Assembly: GCA_965601925.1 (NCBI GenBank)
Contig: OZ271854.1
Coordinates: 4,416,001 to 4,480,000 of the forward strand
Source of the DNA: Alkalispirochaeta sp.
GTDB lineage: Bacteria > Spirochaetota > Spirochaetia > DSM-27196 > Alkalispirochaetaceae
DNA length: 64,000 nt
Reading direction: 5' to 3'
Below are positions 50,329 to 59,383 of the stretch, in pieces (the first letter of the stretch is position 1; each line of letters begins with the position of its first letter). The position numbers and the translations under genes are program-made. The notes under the pieces were generated by a model. That model was not told where the DNA came from and did not search any database. It saw only the letters and a list, made by a program, of their open reading frames with translations.

Positions 50329-51341
50329 TAGTACTCGCCCTCCATGTTGACGGTGCCGCCCCGACCGTCGGGAGCGCCTTCCGATAGCCACGAGATGAGG
50401 CGATCCACGATCTCCTCTGCGCTCGCGAGTGTCGCCTGTTCCGTATATCCGCCCATATGAGAGGACATCAATATATTGTCGAGATCGCGAAATGGAAACC
50501 GAGCCGGTTCCTTACGAGAACCGGGAGGATCGGGATACCGGTACCACGTATCGATCGCAGCTCCCGCAAGCGTTCGTTCGACCAATGCGTTATACAACGC
50601 CTCCTCGTCTATGAGCTCACCGCGACCGACGTTCACGAGCACCGCGTCGCGCATAACCGCCAGTTCCGCCGGTCCGATTATTCCGCGCGTGCTGGTTGTC
50701 AATGGGAGCGCGACGATAACGATATCCGCGCCTCGGAGCGTCCCGTGCAAATCATTGCTCACGGCGGAGAAAAGCCCGTCGGGAAGATCGTCGTCCGTGC
50801 GCGTACGACGAAATCCGCGGCACGAGACACCGAATGGCGAAAGAAACCGGGCGACCCATCGACCGATCGATCCGGTACCGAGCACTGCAGCGGTCATCCC
50901 GTTCACCGATCGCCAGCTCTCCGCAACGGGCTCTGCCGCTGCGAACCCGTGCCACACCCCGCGACGTAGGTCGCGGTCACCGGTAACGAGTTTGCCGAGG
51001 AGTCCGAGGAGGAGCGCCACGGTACGCTCGGCGACCCACCGCCCGTTGGCGTGGGCATTGATAACCTCGATCCCTCGGCGTCGGAGCTCCGGAATGGGAA
51101 GTGTATTGATACCGGCCATCGGCACGGCAACCATCTTAAGGTCGGGAAGGCGCTCCAAGTGCGACTTGTCCAAGGTAAAGCCCACCATCGCGATCGAGCG
51201 CCGTAAAAACGCATCGTCCGGCTTCTGCGCCTCGGCGCGACAAAATCGTACCGTCGCGCCGTCCACGCCTTCCACCCGTTGTGCCAGCTTACGCCAGAAC
51301 TCGTTGTCGGGCGTATCGAAGAGTACATTCACTCCGGCCAT
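50328..51341 (-). CDS. D-2-hydroxyacid dehydrogenase family protein
   Basis: LGTGSIG, LPLT..TRG, NVGRG, IDTW, SHMGG. Confidence 0.9.
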   Translation of the reverse strand: MAGVNVLFDTPDNEFWRKLAQRVEGVDGATVRFCRAEAQKPDDAFLRRSIAMVGFTLDKSHLERLPDLKMVAVPMAGINTLPIPELRRRGIEVINAHANGRWVAERTVALLLGLLGKLVTGDRDLRRGVWHGFAAAEPVAESWRSVNGMTAAVLGTGSIGRWVARFLSPFGVSCRGFRRTRTDDDLPDGLFSAVSNDLHGTLRGADIVIVALPLTTSTRGIIGPAELAVMRDAVLVNVGRGELIDEEALYNALVERTLAGAAIDTWYRYPDPPGSRKEPARFPFRDLDNILMSSHMGGYTEQATLASAEEIVDRLISWLSEGAPDGRGGTVNMEGEY

Positions 51342-51392
51342 TGTACACGCACCGTCGCTTGAACAAAAGTGCACCGTGGTTTAGCGTCGCGT

Positions 51393-52397
51393 ATGCGTCA
51401 CTCTGGTTCTGCACACGGGGATGAAAGCGCCGATAATCGCGGCGCTCCGGCGAGCGGTGTGCGACGCTACCTCCGCGAGAGTCTCGGCAGCAGTTGGACT
51501 ACCGTCTGGTGGCTCATCCGCATCATGGTACCGGCCTCGGCAACGGTTTTCATTCTCAGTCGTACGGGGCTTCTGGCGGTTCTCGCTCACGTGTTGGAGC
51601 CGGTAATGGCGCTCATCGATCTACCCGGAGGCGCCGCAGTCGCCGTGGTATCGAGCGTGCTGGTCAACTTGTACGCCGCGATCGCGATTATTCCCGCCTT
51701 GGGACTCGATCACCGCCAGCTCGTCATTTTGGCGTTACTCTGTTTGGTAGCGCACAACTATTTGGTTGAGTTGCTGGTGACGCGGCGTACCGGTACGCCG
51801 ATCGTACGTATGCTCATAGTGAGAACCGTCGGAGGGCTCTTCCTGGCGTGGGTTGCCTCGCGGATCGTACCCGAAGGTGGGAGTTGGACGACGCCTCTCC
51901 TACTCCCGGGAGGCGACACCGGTGCGGCGTCGTCCCTGTTCGGTATCGAGGCACTCATGCAATGGCTCGAAGGCGTCGTCCGTCTCATTCTGCGAGCGGC
52001 GTCAATTGTGACGCTCCTCATATTCGTGAGTCGCGCTCTGCAGTATTGCGGCATTATCGACTGGATAGCGCACCATCTGAGACCGATTATGAATGTGTTC
52101 GGCCTCCCCCATTCGAGTGGTCCGGCGTGGATCGTAGCCAACACTCTCGGCCTCGCCTACGGGGCGGCGGTACTTCGCGAGGAGGCCGAAAGCGGCCGGC
52201 TCAACGCCGCCGACGGCGATCTCCTGAACCATCACCTCGGCGTATCGCACTCTCTGTTCGAGGATACCTTTCTGTTTGTCGCCTTGGGTGCCCCGACGCT
52301 ATGGCTGATTGCGCCGCGTGTCGCACTCGCCTTCCTCATCGTGTGGGAACGTCGCATCGAACGTCGCCTGGGCATACCGCAGACGACGCGTCTTTAG
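51393..52397 (+). CDS. Nucleoside-recognition (Gate) domain membrane protein
   Basis: Two halves LEPVMALIDLPG / LRPIMNVFGLP, GLAYGAAV, HSLFEDT; start uncertain. Confidence 0.75.
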   Translation: MRHSGSAHGDESADNRGAPASGVRRYLRESLGSSWTTVWWLIRIMVPASATVFILSRTGLLAVLAHVLEPVMALIDLPGGAAVAVVSSVLVNLYAAIAIIPALGLDHRQLVILALLCLVAHNYLVELLVTRRTGTPIVRMLIVRTVGGLFLAWVASRIVPEGGSWTTPLLLPGGDTGAASSLFGIEALMQWLEGVVRLILRAASIVTLLIFVSRALQYCGIIDWIAHHLRPIMNVFGLPHSSGPAWIVANTLGLAYGAAVLREEAESGRLNAADGDLLNHHLGVSHSLFEDTFLFVALGAPTLWLIAPRVALAFLIVWERRIERRLGIPQTTRL

Positions 52398-52406
52398 CCT
52401 CGACGC

Positions 52407-52952
52407 CTATTCGGTCGCCGGTACCTCCAGGCGTCGCGGAGTAGACGCCGCCGAGGAGTGGTCGTGGTTGCACGTCTTGAGGGCCTGCAAACCGTAGAGA
52501 ATCTGACACAAGTTCTCGCATTGGGGGGTCCAATCGAACCGTTTGTCCGGATTCCGGCGATAGAAATTGTTGAACTGCACGAGTCTACACAGTACGTCGC
52601 TGGGAAGATTTTGCTCGATCTGGGCCGACACGATCTCCGCACGTTCCGCCGATAGGCCAAGCGCCAACTCTAAAAAGTCCTGGGTCGCGCGGTGCTTGAG
52701 TAATAACTGTCGCGCCTCCGCCGAGCCACGATCCGTTAACGTCACGTACCCGTACGGCTCGTATTCGATCAACCCCGCTTTATCCAATTTCTGTAGGGCG
52801 CCGGTGACCGACGGACGACTGACCCCGACCAAATCGGCTATGTCTTTGGAACGTGCCACGCGACTCTCGGCCGAGAGCTCATAAATTGCCAGGACGTATC
52901 GTCCCAAACTATCGGTGAGACTACCAGCGGCCTCCGTCGTCTTTCCACTCAT
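52407..52952 (-). CDS. DtxR/MntR family regulator with a Cys/His-rich tail
   Basis: ARSKDIADLVGVSRPSVTGAL, YEPYGYVTLT; tail CENLC...CNHDH. Confidence 0.88.
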   Translation of the reverse strand: MSGKTTEAAGSLTDSLGRYVLAIYELSAESRVARSKDIADLVGVSRPSVTGALQKLDKAGLIEYEPYGYVTLTDRGSAEARQLLLKHRATQDFLELALGLSAERAEIVSAQIEQNLPSDVLCRLVQFNNFYRRNPDKRFDWTPQCENLCQILYGLQALKTCNHDHSSAASTPRRLEVPATE

Positions 52953-53120
52953 CGTTCTCTCCTTACCGTTCCATATGTCAAAACGTTATCGTGCACGTCG
53001 ACTCATCGATGCAACTCGCGCATCATAAGAAGACGGTCGGGTGCTTTCTCCCGCTCCATGGGGGTCTATATCGGAAGAACAACATGCGGTGCAGGGGACA
53101 AAAAAAGGACCCAAACCATG

Positions 53121-53162
53121 TTAGCTACAGCTAATTATATTCGTTTTACCGGGTTCGGTCAA
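53121..53162 (-). promoter_or_regulatory. sigma70 promoter with a DtxR-type palindrome at the predicted +1
   Basis: Minus strand TTGACC(53162-57)-N17-TATAAT(53139-34); palindrome TTAGCT-ac-AGCTAA (53121-34). Confidence 0.75.
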
Positions 53163-53224
53163 TCTGGACCGGTTACCCGCAGCGCCCCTTGATGGTCGGT
53201 CGCGAGATATTTACCTTATGCCCC

Positions 53225-53458
53225 ATGGATCAGAGGGTTATCATCATGCACGGCCTGAGCTACGCCGAAATCGATCTCGTCATGCGAGCGGTTAAAAAGG
53301 AGCTTGAACGTCCGCGCGACATCATCTTCGCCAAAACGACCGACAACTCCCTCACCATGAAGGTCGGAGAACTTATCAAAGATCTGAGCGAGGACCACGA
53401 ATATCTGAAAAACAATCCGCCGGAGATACCGCCGCGGCCTGAGACGGGCGAATCGTAA
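53225..53458 (+). CDS. DUF3783-like small protein
   Basis: VIIMHG, IIFAKTTDNSL.MKV.ELI.DL.EDHEY. Confidence 0.75.
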   Translation: MDQRVIIMHGLSYAEIDLVMRAVKKELERPRDIIFAKTTDNSLTMKVGELIKDLSEDHEYLKNNPPEIPPRPETGES

Positions 53459-53483
53459 TACCGAGCCGACCGCGGCACCGCCG

Positions 53484-54227
53484 TTACGACGTCGAGGAAG
53501 AGGTACCGGCCGTCTTCGCATAGAGCCGGTACGCGCCCGTTTCGCCTTTTTGGGAGTACCCGATGTGCCGTAAAAATCGCTGATGCGCCCGCGCGCCGAG
53601 CGGCACCGGGACGACGAAGAAGGAGGCTCCGGGGCCTTCATCAAACTCGATTGCGCTGTGCAGGTGATGAACGAGTCCCAGTCCTCTATATTTGCGAGTC
53701 ACATAGTCAACGGGAATCATCATCGATTGATCGGGAAAGAGCTCGGTATGCACGGCTTCGTAGATCTCACGTAGCTCCGGGTCCCCGGCGTCCTCTGGAC
53801 TCGGTGCCGGATGAACGAGGGCGAATCCCACAACCGTCAAGTCCTTGAAAGCGAGATACCCGCGGCCACCCGACTCGAAACACTGTGCGACGCGATCGGT
53901 TGAAAAATCCGGAAAAAAACGCCTGATATCTTCAAGGTGGTGCGTGACGAAATCGTCTACGTAACTCTTTTTCTCCACTCCGATCGAGACGTAACGAACG
54001 CCATTCAGGTCCGGCTTGAGCATCCGTACCAAATAGTAGATATCGATAAGTGTAATGAACCCGTTGGTAATGATGACGGGAACACTTCCGACCAATACGC
54101 CGTACATTACAAAGACGACGGCGCCGATCAGATTGAGCACCCGCAGCGCCAAGATGGAACTCATAAGAAGCGACAGCGCCACCAATATCGACGCAACATA
54201 GCCCGCCAGTTCGGTTGCAAGAGACAT
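53484..54227 (-). CDS. YgjV-like membrane domain fused to a GNAT-like domain
   Basis: GYVASILVALSLLMSSILALRVLNLIG; C-terminal VDYVTRKYRGLG and HQRFLRHIGY. Confidence 0.75.
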   Translation of the reverse strand: MSLATELAGYVASILVALSLLMSSILALRVLNLIGAVVFVMYGVLVGSVPVIITNGFITLIDIYYLVRMLKPDLNGVRYVSIGVEKKSYVDDFVTHHLEDIRRFFPDFSTDRVAQCFESGGRGYLAFKDLTVVGFALVHPAPSPEDAGDPELREIYEAVHTELFPDQSMMIPVDYVTRKYRGLGLVHHLHSAIEFDEGPGASFFVVPVPLGARAHQRFLRHIGYSQKGETGAYRLYAKTAGTSSSTS

Positions 54228-54280
54228 GGGCAGCACTATAGACGCTTGTTACAAATCTGTCACTTCCGTAGTATTGCGTC

Positions 54281-55336
54281 ATGCAGATCCGGCGCGCGAT
54301 AGAGGCGCTCTCTCCATATGTACCCGGCGAGCGGAGAGCGGGGGCCGTCAAGCTCTCGTCGAATGAGAATCCCATCGGCTGTTCACCGGCGGTGCGCGAG
54401 GCGCTACGCGTAGCGGCGGATGAGGTCCATCTCTATCCCGACGGAAGTGCACGCACGCTCGTCGACGCGCTGTCGCGCCATATCGAGGCCAGACCGGAAG
54501 AGATTATCGTCGGTAACGGATCGGATGAGATCATCACACTCATTGCCGCCACCTACATCGAGCCGGGCATGTCGGTCCTCATCGGGGCGCACACCTTTTC
54601 TCAGTACGCCTACGCAAGCACGCTCTTCGGTGCACGCGTACGCAAGGTACCCATGCCGGCCTTGGAGCTTCGTCCCGAGGATTTTCTGTCGCACATAGAT
54701 GATACGACACGGATTGTGTTCCTCTGTTCACCGAACAATCCGACCGGTACGGCGTTCTCTCACGAGCAACTCGTCTCGTTTCTCGATCATCTGCCGGACA
54801 ACGTGCTCGTCGTCGTCGACCAGGCGTACGTAGAATACCAAACCGATCGAACGGCGGCCTACGCCGATCGCCTCGTCAATCGATACTCCAACGTGATCGT
54901 GCTGCATACCTTTTCCAAGATCTACGGTTTGGCGGCGCTCCGTCTCGGCTACGGTTTGGCGTGCACGGAGCGCATAGCCGACTTGCAACGAGTTCGTCCG
55001 CCCTTCAGCGTAAACAGCTTCGCACAAGCGGCGGGAATAGCTGCACTATCGGACACCTCCTTCATTAAACGATCGCTGGACGTGAATCGCCGCGGTATGG
55101 GGCGAATGCAGCGGCTGCTGGATGAGCTCGGTTTGCGTTGGTTACCGAGTCAGGCCAACTTCATCACGTTCGGTGTCGCGGGAGCGGCGCGTGAGACGGC
55201 GGCGGCGATTGCCGAACACGGAGTGACGGTACGCGCTCTTGGAAGCTTCGGCCTCCCGTCGCACATACGCGTTACCGTCGGTACCGACGACGATATCGAT
55301 CGTCTGGAGCGAGCTCTGCGCGAGATCGTTCGATAA
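54281..55336 (+). CDS. hisC: Histidinol-phosphate aminotransferase
   Basis: KLSSNENP, GNGSDE, PNNPTG, DQAY, TFSKIYGLAALRLGY. Confidence 0.93.
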   Translation: MQIRRAIEALSPYVPGERRAGAVKLSSNENPIGCSPAVREALRVAADEVHLYPDGSARTLVDALSRHIEARPEEIIVGNGSDEIITLIAATYIEPGMSVLIGAHTFSQYAYASTLFGARVRKVPMPALELRPEDFLSHIDDTTRIVFLCSPNNPTGTAFSHEQLVSFLDHLPDNVLVVVDQAYVEYQTDRTAAYADRLVNRYSNVIVLHTFSKIYGLAALRLGYGLACTERIADLQRVRPPFSVNSFAQAAGIAALSDTSFIKRSLDVNRRGMGRMQRLLDELGLRWLPSQANFITFGVAGAARETAAAIAEHGVTVRALGSFGLPSHIRVTVGTDDDIDRLERALREIVR

Positions 55337-55355
55337 CGTTCGAGGTGACATCCCC

Positions 55356-55898
55356 ATGACTCCGACAGTGATCTTTCTCAATGTAACCCTCGTCTTCGCC
55401 GCCCCGGCCCTGGCGTCAATGTTCGTTCCCCGTTTCCCCCTGCGGCCCATCGGGCGCGGAGCGATCGCCGCGGCCGCCGTTCTCCTCACGCTCATCCTCG
55501 TTCGCGAGTTGGTACCGGGAGTCTCTCGATGGATGACATCTCCGGACACCCTACTGTGGTGGCTTTTCGTAGTAGCTCTTTCGGAGGAGATTGCCAAGCA
55601 AATTGCCGTCGGTCCGTCGCGCATCCCGGCTCGCGGGCGCGCAGATGCGGTGGCGTGCGGTCTCGGATTTGCGTCGGTTGAGAATCTTTTGTACCTTATG
55701 GCGTCGCCGGCAACGCTCATCGTGCGGATACTCACGGCGGGAGCGCTCCACGTCGCTACGGTGCTTCTCTATTCGAGGCGGCGCGGAGACACACGGTCGT
55801 CTCCTCTCGTCGATATGGCGAGGCTCACGGTGGGTACCGCACTCCATTTCGGCTATAACACGTTGATCGCGTCCCTTGACACAATTCTCATATTTTGA
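55356..55898 (+). CDS. PrsW-like intramembrane metalloprotease
   Basis: EEIAK, GLGFASVENLLY, LH, LHFGYN. Confidence 0.75.
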   Translation: MTPTVIFLNVTLVFAAPALASMFVPRFPLRPIGRGAIAAAAVLLTLILVRELVPGVSRWMTSPDTLLWWLFVVALSEEIAKQIAVGPSRIPARGRADAVACGLGFASVENLLYLMASPATLIVRILTAGALHVATVLLYSRRRGDTRSSPLVDMARLTVGTALHFGYNTLIASLDTILIF

Positions 55899-55904
55899 TA
55901 TTTT
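55876..55904 (+). promoter_or_regulatory. sigma70 promoter of tRNA-fMet
   Basis: TTGACA-N17-TATTTT. Confidence 0.7.
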
Positions 55905-55916
55905 GCCATCACACAT

Positions 55917-55989
55917 CGCAGGGTAGAGCAGTTGGCAGCTCGTCGGGCTCATAACCCGGAGGTCGCAGGTTCGAGTCCTGCCCCTGCTA
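55917..55989 (+). tRNA. Initiator tRNA-Met(CAT)
   Basis: C1:T72 mismatch, GGG/CCC in the anticodon stem, CTCATAA loop. Confidence 0.95.
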
Positions 55990-56229
55990 GTAAAAGCGTT
56001 GCTTCGCCGGAAAGAAGCAGCGCTCTTTTTTTTATCCACGGGACTCGAAACGGAGGTGCGGCGCGAATACCTGGAGCGCAACGCGACACGATGTCGCGTT
56101 AGCACCATAGGCGGCCCGTCGAGAGGCCACACGATGTGGCCGATCAGAGGGCGAGTCCTGCCCCTGCTAATAAAAGCGTTGCTTCGCCGGAAAGAAGCAG
56201 CGCTTTTTTTATTATCAGCAGGACTCGAA
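55972..56229 (+). repeat. Imperfect 78-bp direct repeat (tRNA 3' end + terminator), period 180 bp
   Basis: cgagtcctgcccctgcta[g/a]taaaagcgttgcttcgccggaaagaagcagcgct...ggactcgaa at 55972-56049 and 56152-56229. Confidence 0.9.
55992..56033 (+). terminator. Intrinsic terminator after tRNA-fMet (second copy near 56172-56210)
   Basis: AGCGTTGCTTC-gccggaaa-GAAGCAGCGCT followed by a T run. Confidence 0.85.
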
Positions 56230-56304
56230 TTCGAGGCGAATGGTACAATACAAACCCCGGGCGTACCGCACCGGCTGTGAGGAACGTGCGCGATGAGCGC
56301 GCGG

Positions 56305-56595
56305 CTATTTCCGTCTCGCGCGACGTCGTACTCCGTCCCAACGGCCGAATAGGGCGCCGATTACGCACACGACGGCGCCGACACCGCCCGAGATAAGAAT
56401 ATTGCGCCGGATGCGATCGATTCCCACAATCGTTTCGGTGGCCCTCCGCACGACGGATCTCAACTCGCCGCTCCGTTCGAAGGAGATGAGGGCATCCAGG
56501 CCGAGGCGGACGCCTCCTATGCTCGCAAAGAGTGCGTATCCGACGACCAGGCCGAGTATACCGCCCAGGGCCGCAATAAGCGCCAACCGTCTCAC
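56305..56595 (-). CDS. Small two-TM membrane protein
   Basis: GGGAGG SD + GTG; two hydrophobic helices; basic tail. Confidence 0.7.
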   Translation of the reverse strand: MRRLALIAALGGILGLVVGYALFASIGGVRLGLDALISFERSGELRSVVRRATETIVGIDRIRRNILISGGVGAVVCVIGALFGRWDGVRRRARRK

Positions 56596-56618
56596 GTCGC
56601 CCTCCCGACGCTCGGTCT

Positions 56619-58199
56619 TTATGAGAGACTCGGAATCGCGATGCGCCAATACGTTCCCGTGCGTACGTCAGACGCCGCCGTATCGCCCCGCCCCGGCCCC
56701 TCTTCCATGGTCGCACCGAGCTGCTCGCACAACGTTCCGATCAAGGTAAAGCCGAATGAATTGTCCCGCACCGTCGCGGGCTCGATACCGACTCCGTTGT
56801 CTTGTACCGTCAAGGACGCTCCGCGCTGTCCATCCTCGCTTTCGATTCGTACCGATACGGTGGGACCCTTGGAGCGCGATCTCCGGGTACTCTCCGCCGC
56901 ATCGGAGGGAAACGCATGTTTTACCGCGTTGAGCACCATCTCGCTCACCATCAACCCCAGAGGAACGGCGCGATCCATATCGGCGTACAACGCCCCCGGA
57001 ACGTCAACGGTGATTCGTATTCCGCGATCGTACGGCGCGTACCCCTCTTCGATCTCGTCCACCAGACGCCGGATATACGGCGCGAGCACGATATGGTCGA
57101 ACGAACCGACGCGAATGAGGTTATCGTGAACCGCCGAGAGCGCCTGAACACGGGTCCGAATCTCTCCGACCGCCTCGCGAGCCGACTCTTCCAGATCGGC
57201 GGCACGGAGCGTGAGCAAGCTTGAAACGAGCTGCATGTTGTTTTTGACGCGATGATGTAGCTCTCTGATAAGCATCTTATGCGTCTCATTGGCCCGTTGA
57301 ACGCGCTGATACAGCTGTGCGTTGGATATCGCTACCCCTGCGTGGTTCGCAAGAACGGTGGCGAGTTCGATATCCTCGGCGTCGAAGGGATCCACGGAGG
57401 TGCGATCCAGGGTAATCATGCCGATCACCTCGCCGCCGGCGATGAGCGGGATTCCCATCCAGGAACGGATATGTCCCGATTCGAAGAGATTCTCCTCGGT
57501 CAAGAAGTGCGGAAAGTCGCTCCGTATGTCGGCGAGCGCCAACACCATGCCGTTCTTGACGACCCGATAGTTCGGAAATCGTTCGTCGAAGGGAAAGTGT
57601 AGTTCCGCCACCTTGTCCTCGCGTGCAAAGCCGAGGCTTGCCACGACGCTCAGCGAGTCTTCATCCAGGAGCTGAATCGTACCGGTGACGAAGTCGATCG
57701 TCGAGGATAACTTCTCGAGAGTCGCGGCGTAGACCGCCTGAGTGTCTTGAATGGAGCTGTTGAGATCGACCGAAGAGGCGAACACGGCCTGGAAACGACT
57801 CGAGATCTTCGCAATCCGCGGCTCCGGCTCGCCGACGGCGGCTACGTCATGGGCGATCACGATAACGTGATTACCCGTTTCGGCGTGCTCGTTCACCGGT
57901 ATGAACACGAGCTCTAATTGGACCTTCTCGGCGCCGCGCAGCAGATAGAGTTGCGCCGACTTGGCCTCACCGGCGAGGGCCGCGTTAATGTGAGAGCTCC
58001 ACATGGGAAGATCGCCGGCCGGCACGATACCGTCAAGCACCTCGCCGATGCTGGGCTGAACTCCGTAGAGCTTGGTCCAGACTTGGACAAATTTCTGGTT
58101 GAACTTCGTCAAGCGACGCTGACGGTCGAAGGAGAACATCGCCTGAGAGACTCCGCTACGCTGGATTTCCGTCTTGAAGTTCGCGCCGTTCGCAGACAT
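56619..58199 (-). CDS. Cytoplasmic PAS + GAF + HisKA_2 histidine kinase
   Basis: IRSWMGIPL...IGMITLD GAF, ELHHRVKNNMQ, EMVLNAVKHAF, VQDNGVG. Confidence 0.88.
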   Translation of the reverse strand: MSANGANFKTEIQRSGVSQAMFSFDRQRRLTKFNQKFVQVWTKLYGVQPSIGEVLDGIVPAGDLPMWSSHINAALAGEAKSAQLYLLRGAEKVQLELVFIPVNEHAETGNHVIVIAHDVAAVGEPEPRIAKISSRFQAVFASSVDLNSSIQDTQAVYAATLEKLSSTIDFVTGTIQLLDEDSLSVVASLGFAREDKVAELHFPFDERFPNYRVVKNGMVLALADIRSDFPHFLTEENLFESGHIRSWMGIPLIAGGEVIGMITLDRTSVDPFDAEDIELATVLANHAGVAISNAQLYQRVQRANETHKMLIRELHHRVKNNMQLVSSLLTLRAADLEESAREAVGEIRTRVQALSAVHDNLIRVGSFDHIVLAPYIRRLVDEIEEGYAPYDRGIRITVDVPGALYADMDRAVPLGLMVSEMVLNAVKHAFPSDAAESTRRSRSKGPTVSVRIESEDGQRGASLTVQDNGVGIEPATVRDNSFGFTLIGTLCEQLGATMEEGPGRGDTAASDVRTGTYWRIAIPSLS

Positions 58200-58272
58200 T
58201 TCTACAGAGCAGCTTAGACGGTCGCGAGACCCATATCAAGCGCCTGTGCGCCGATTCCCCGAGCGACCGGCG

Positions 58273-59265
58273 TCACCACCGAATAATGTTACCGCCGTAG
58301 GTCAATCCGGCGCCGAATCCGACGGTAAGCACGGTCTGACCGGCCGCGAGCCTCCCCGCGCGCTGCATTTCGTCCAGCGCTAAGGGAATTGAGGCGGCCG
58401 AGGTGTTGGCAAATCGATCCAGGTTGGTAAAAAAGCGGTCGAGCGGCATCTTCAAGCGTTTGGCCGCCGCTTCGATGATGCGCAGGTTGGCCTGATGCGG
58501 TACGACCCAATCGAGCGTCTCCGGCGTCACACCCTCGGCATCGCACAGCGCTCGTATCGTCCGAACCACGGCATCGACGGCGAACAGATACACTTGTCGC
58601 CCGTCCATATGGATCATCATGTCGACCTCGGTATGACGACTCGCGTCAAAGGGCGTGCGCGTGCCGCCGACGGGGCGCATCAGCGAGGTTGCGCCGCTTC
58701 CCCGCGACTTGAGCCATGATCCCACGATCCGGTGCCCGCCGCTTCCCTGCGAGCTCTCCGGTTCCACGAGCGCCGCCCCGGCGCCGTCGCCGAAGAGAAC
58801 GCAGGTGTTACGATCATCCCAATTGGAAATGCGACTCAATACTTCGCTGCCGACGACCAAGACGCGCCGCGCCGTCCCGGCGACGACGAATGAACGAGCC
58901 ACCTCGAGGGCGTACACGAATCCCGTACACCCGGCCGAAAGATCGAAGGCCCCGGCCTCCGATGCGCCGATGCGATCCTGAACGATACACGCCGAGGCGG
59001 GAAAGTTCGGATAGTCGGTGGTGGAGCTGGCGAGAATCACCAGATCGATGTCGGATCCAGCGAGGCCCGTTTGCTCCAGTAGCTTCAAAGACACTTCGAC
59101 GGCGATATCGCTCGTCGCCTGTCCGTCGGCGACGATGCGGCGCTCTCCGATGCCTGTATGAGAGCGTATCCATTCGTCCGAGGTATCGATGGTGCGAGAG
59201 AGTTCATCATTGGTAACGACGCGCTCGGGAACGTATGAGGCGACGGCGGTTATGGCAGCATGCAT
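58273..59265 (-). CDS. fabH: Beta-ketoacyl-ACP synthase III
   Basis: AGCTGF, LFGDGAGA, PHQANLRII, NTSAASIP, GFGAGLT. Confidence 0.95.
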   Translation of the reverse strand: MHAAITAVASYVPERVVTNDELSRTIDTSDEWIRSHTGIGERRIVADGQATSDIAVEVSLKLLEQTGLAGSDIDLVILASSTTDYPNFPASACIVQDRIGASEAGAFDLSAGCTGFVYALEVARSFVVAGTARRVLVVGSEVLSRISNWDDRNTCVLFGDGAGAALVEPESSQGSGGHRIVGSWLKSRGSGATSLMRPVGGTRTPFDASRHTEVDMMIHMDGRQVYLFAVDAVVRTIRALCDAEGVTPETLDWVVPHQANLRIIEAAAKRLKMPLDRFFTNLDRFANTSAASIPLALDEMQRAGRLAAGQTVLTVGFGAGLTYGGNIIRW

Positions 59266-59383
59266 ATCCGGCAGTGTAGGAGCGATGATTTAGTCGGTCA
59301 AGGGACGAGAGTGCGCCGAACGGTCCGTCTTCCCGGATATTCGCCTTTCCAAGCACCATTCTTCCCGGTACGATCAGTCGATA

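Noticed and set aside
53066..53119. 17-codon leader ORF (MVWVLFLSPAPHVVLPI) upstream of the second DtxR-family gene
   Set aside because: No SD, no attenuator structure and no telling codon content; cannot be supported from sequence alone.
55972..56229. CRISPR-like repeat-spacer-repeat
   Set aside because: Only two copies, 78 bp long, derived from a tRNA end and terminator; no cas genes.
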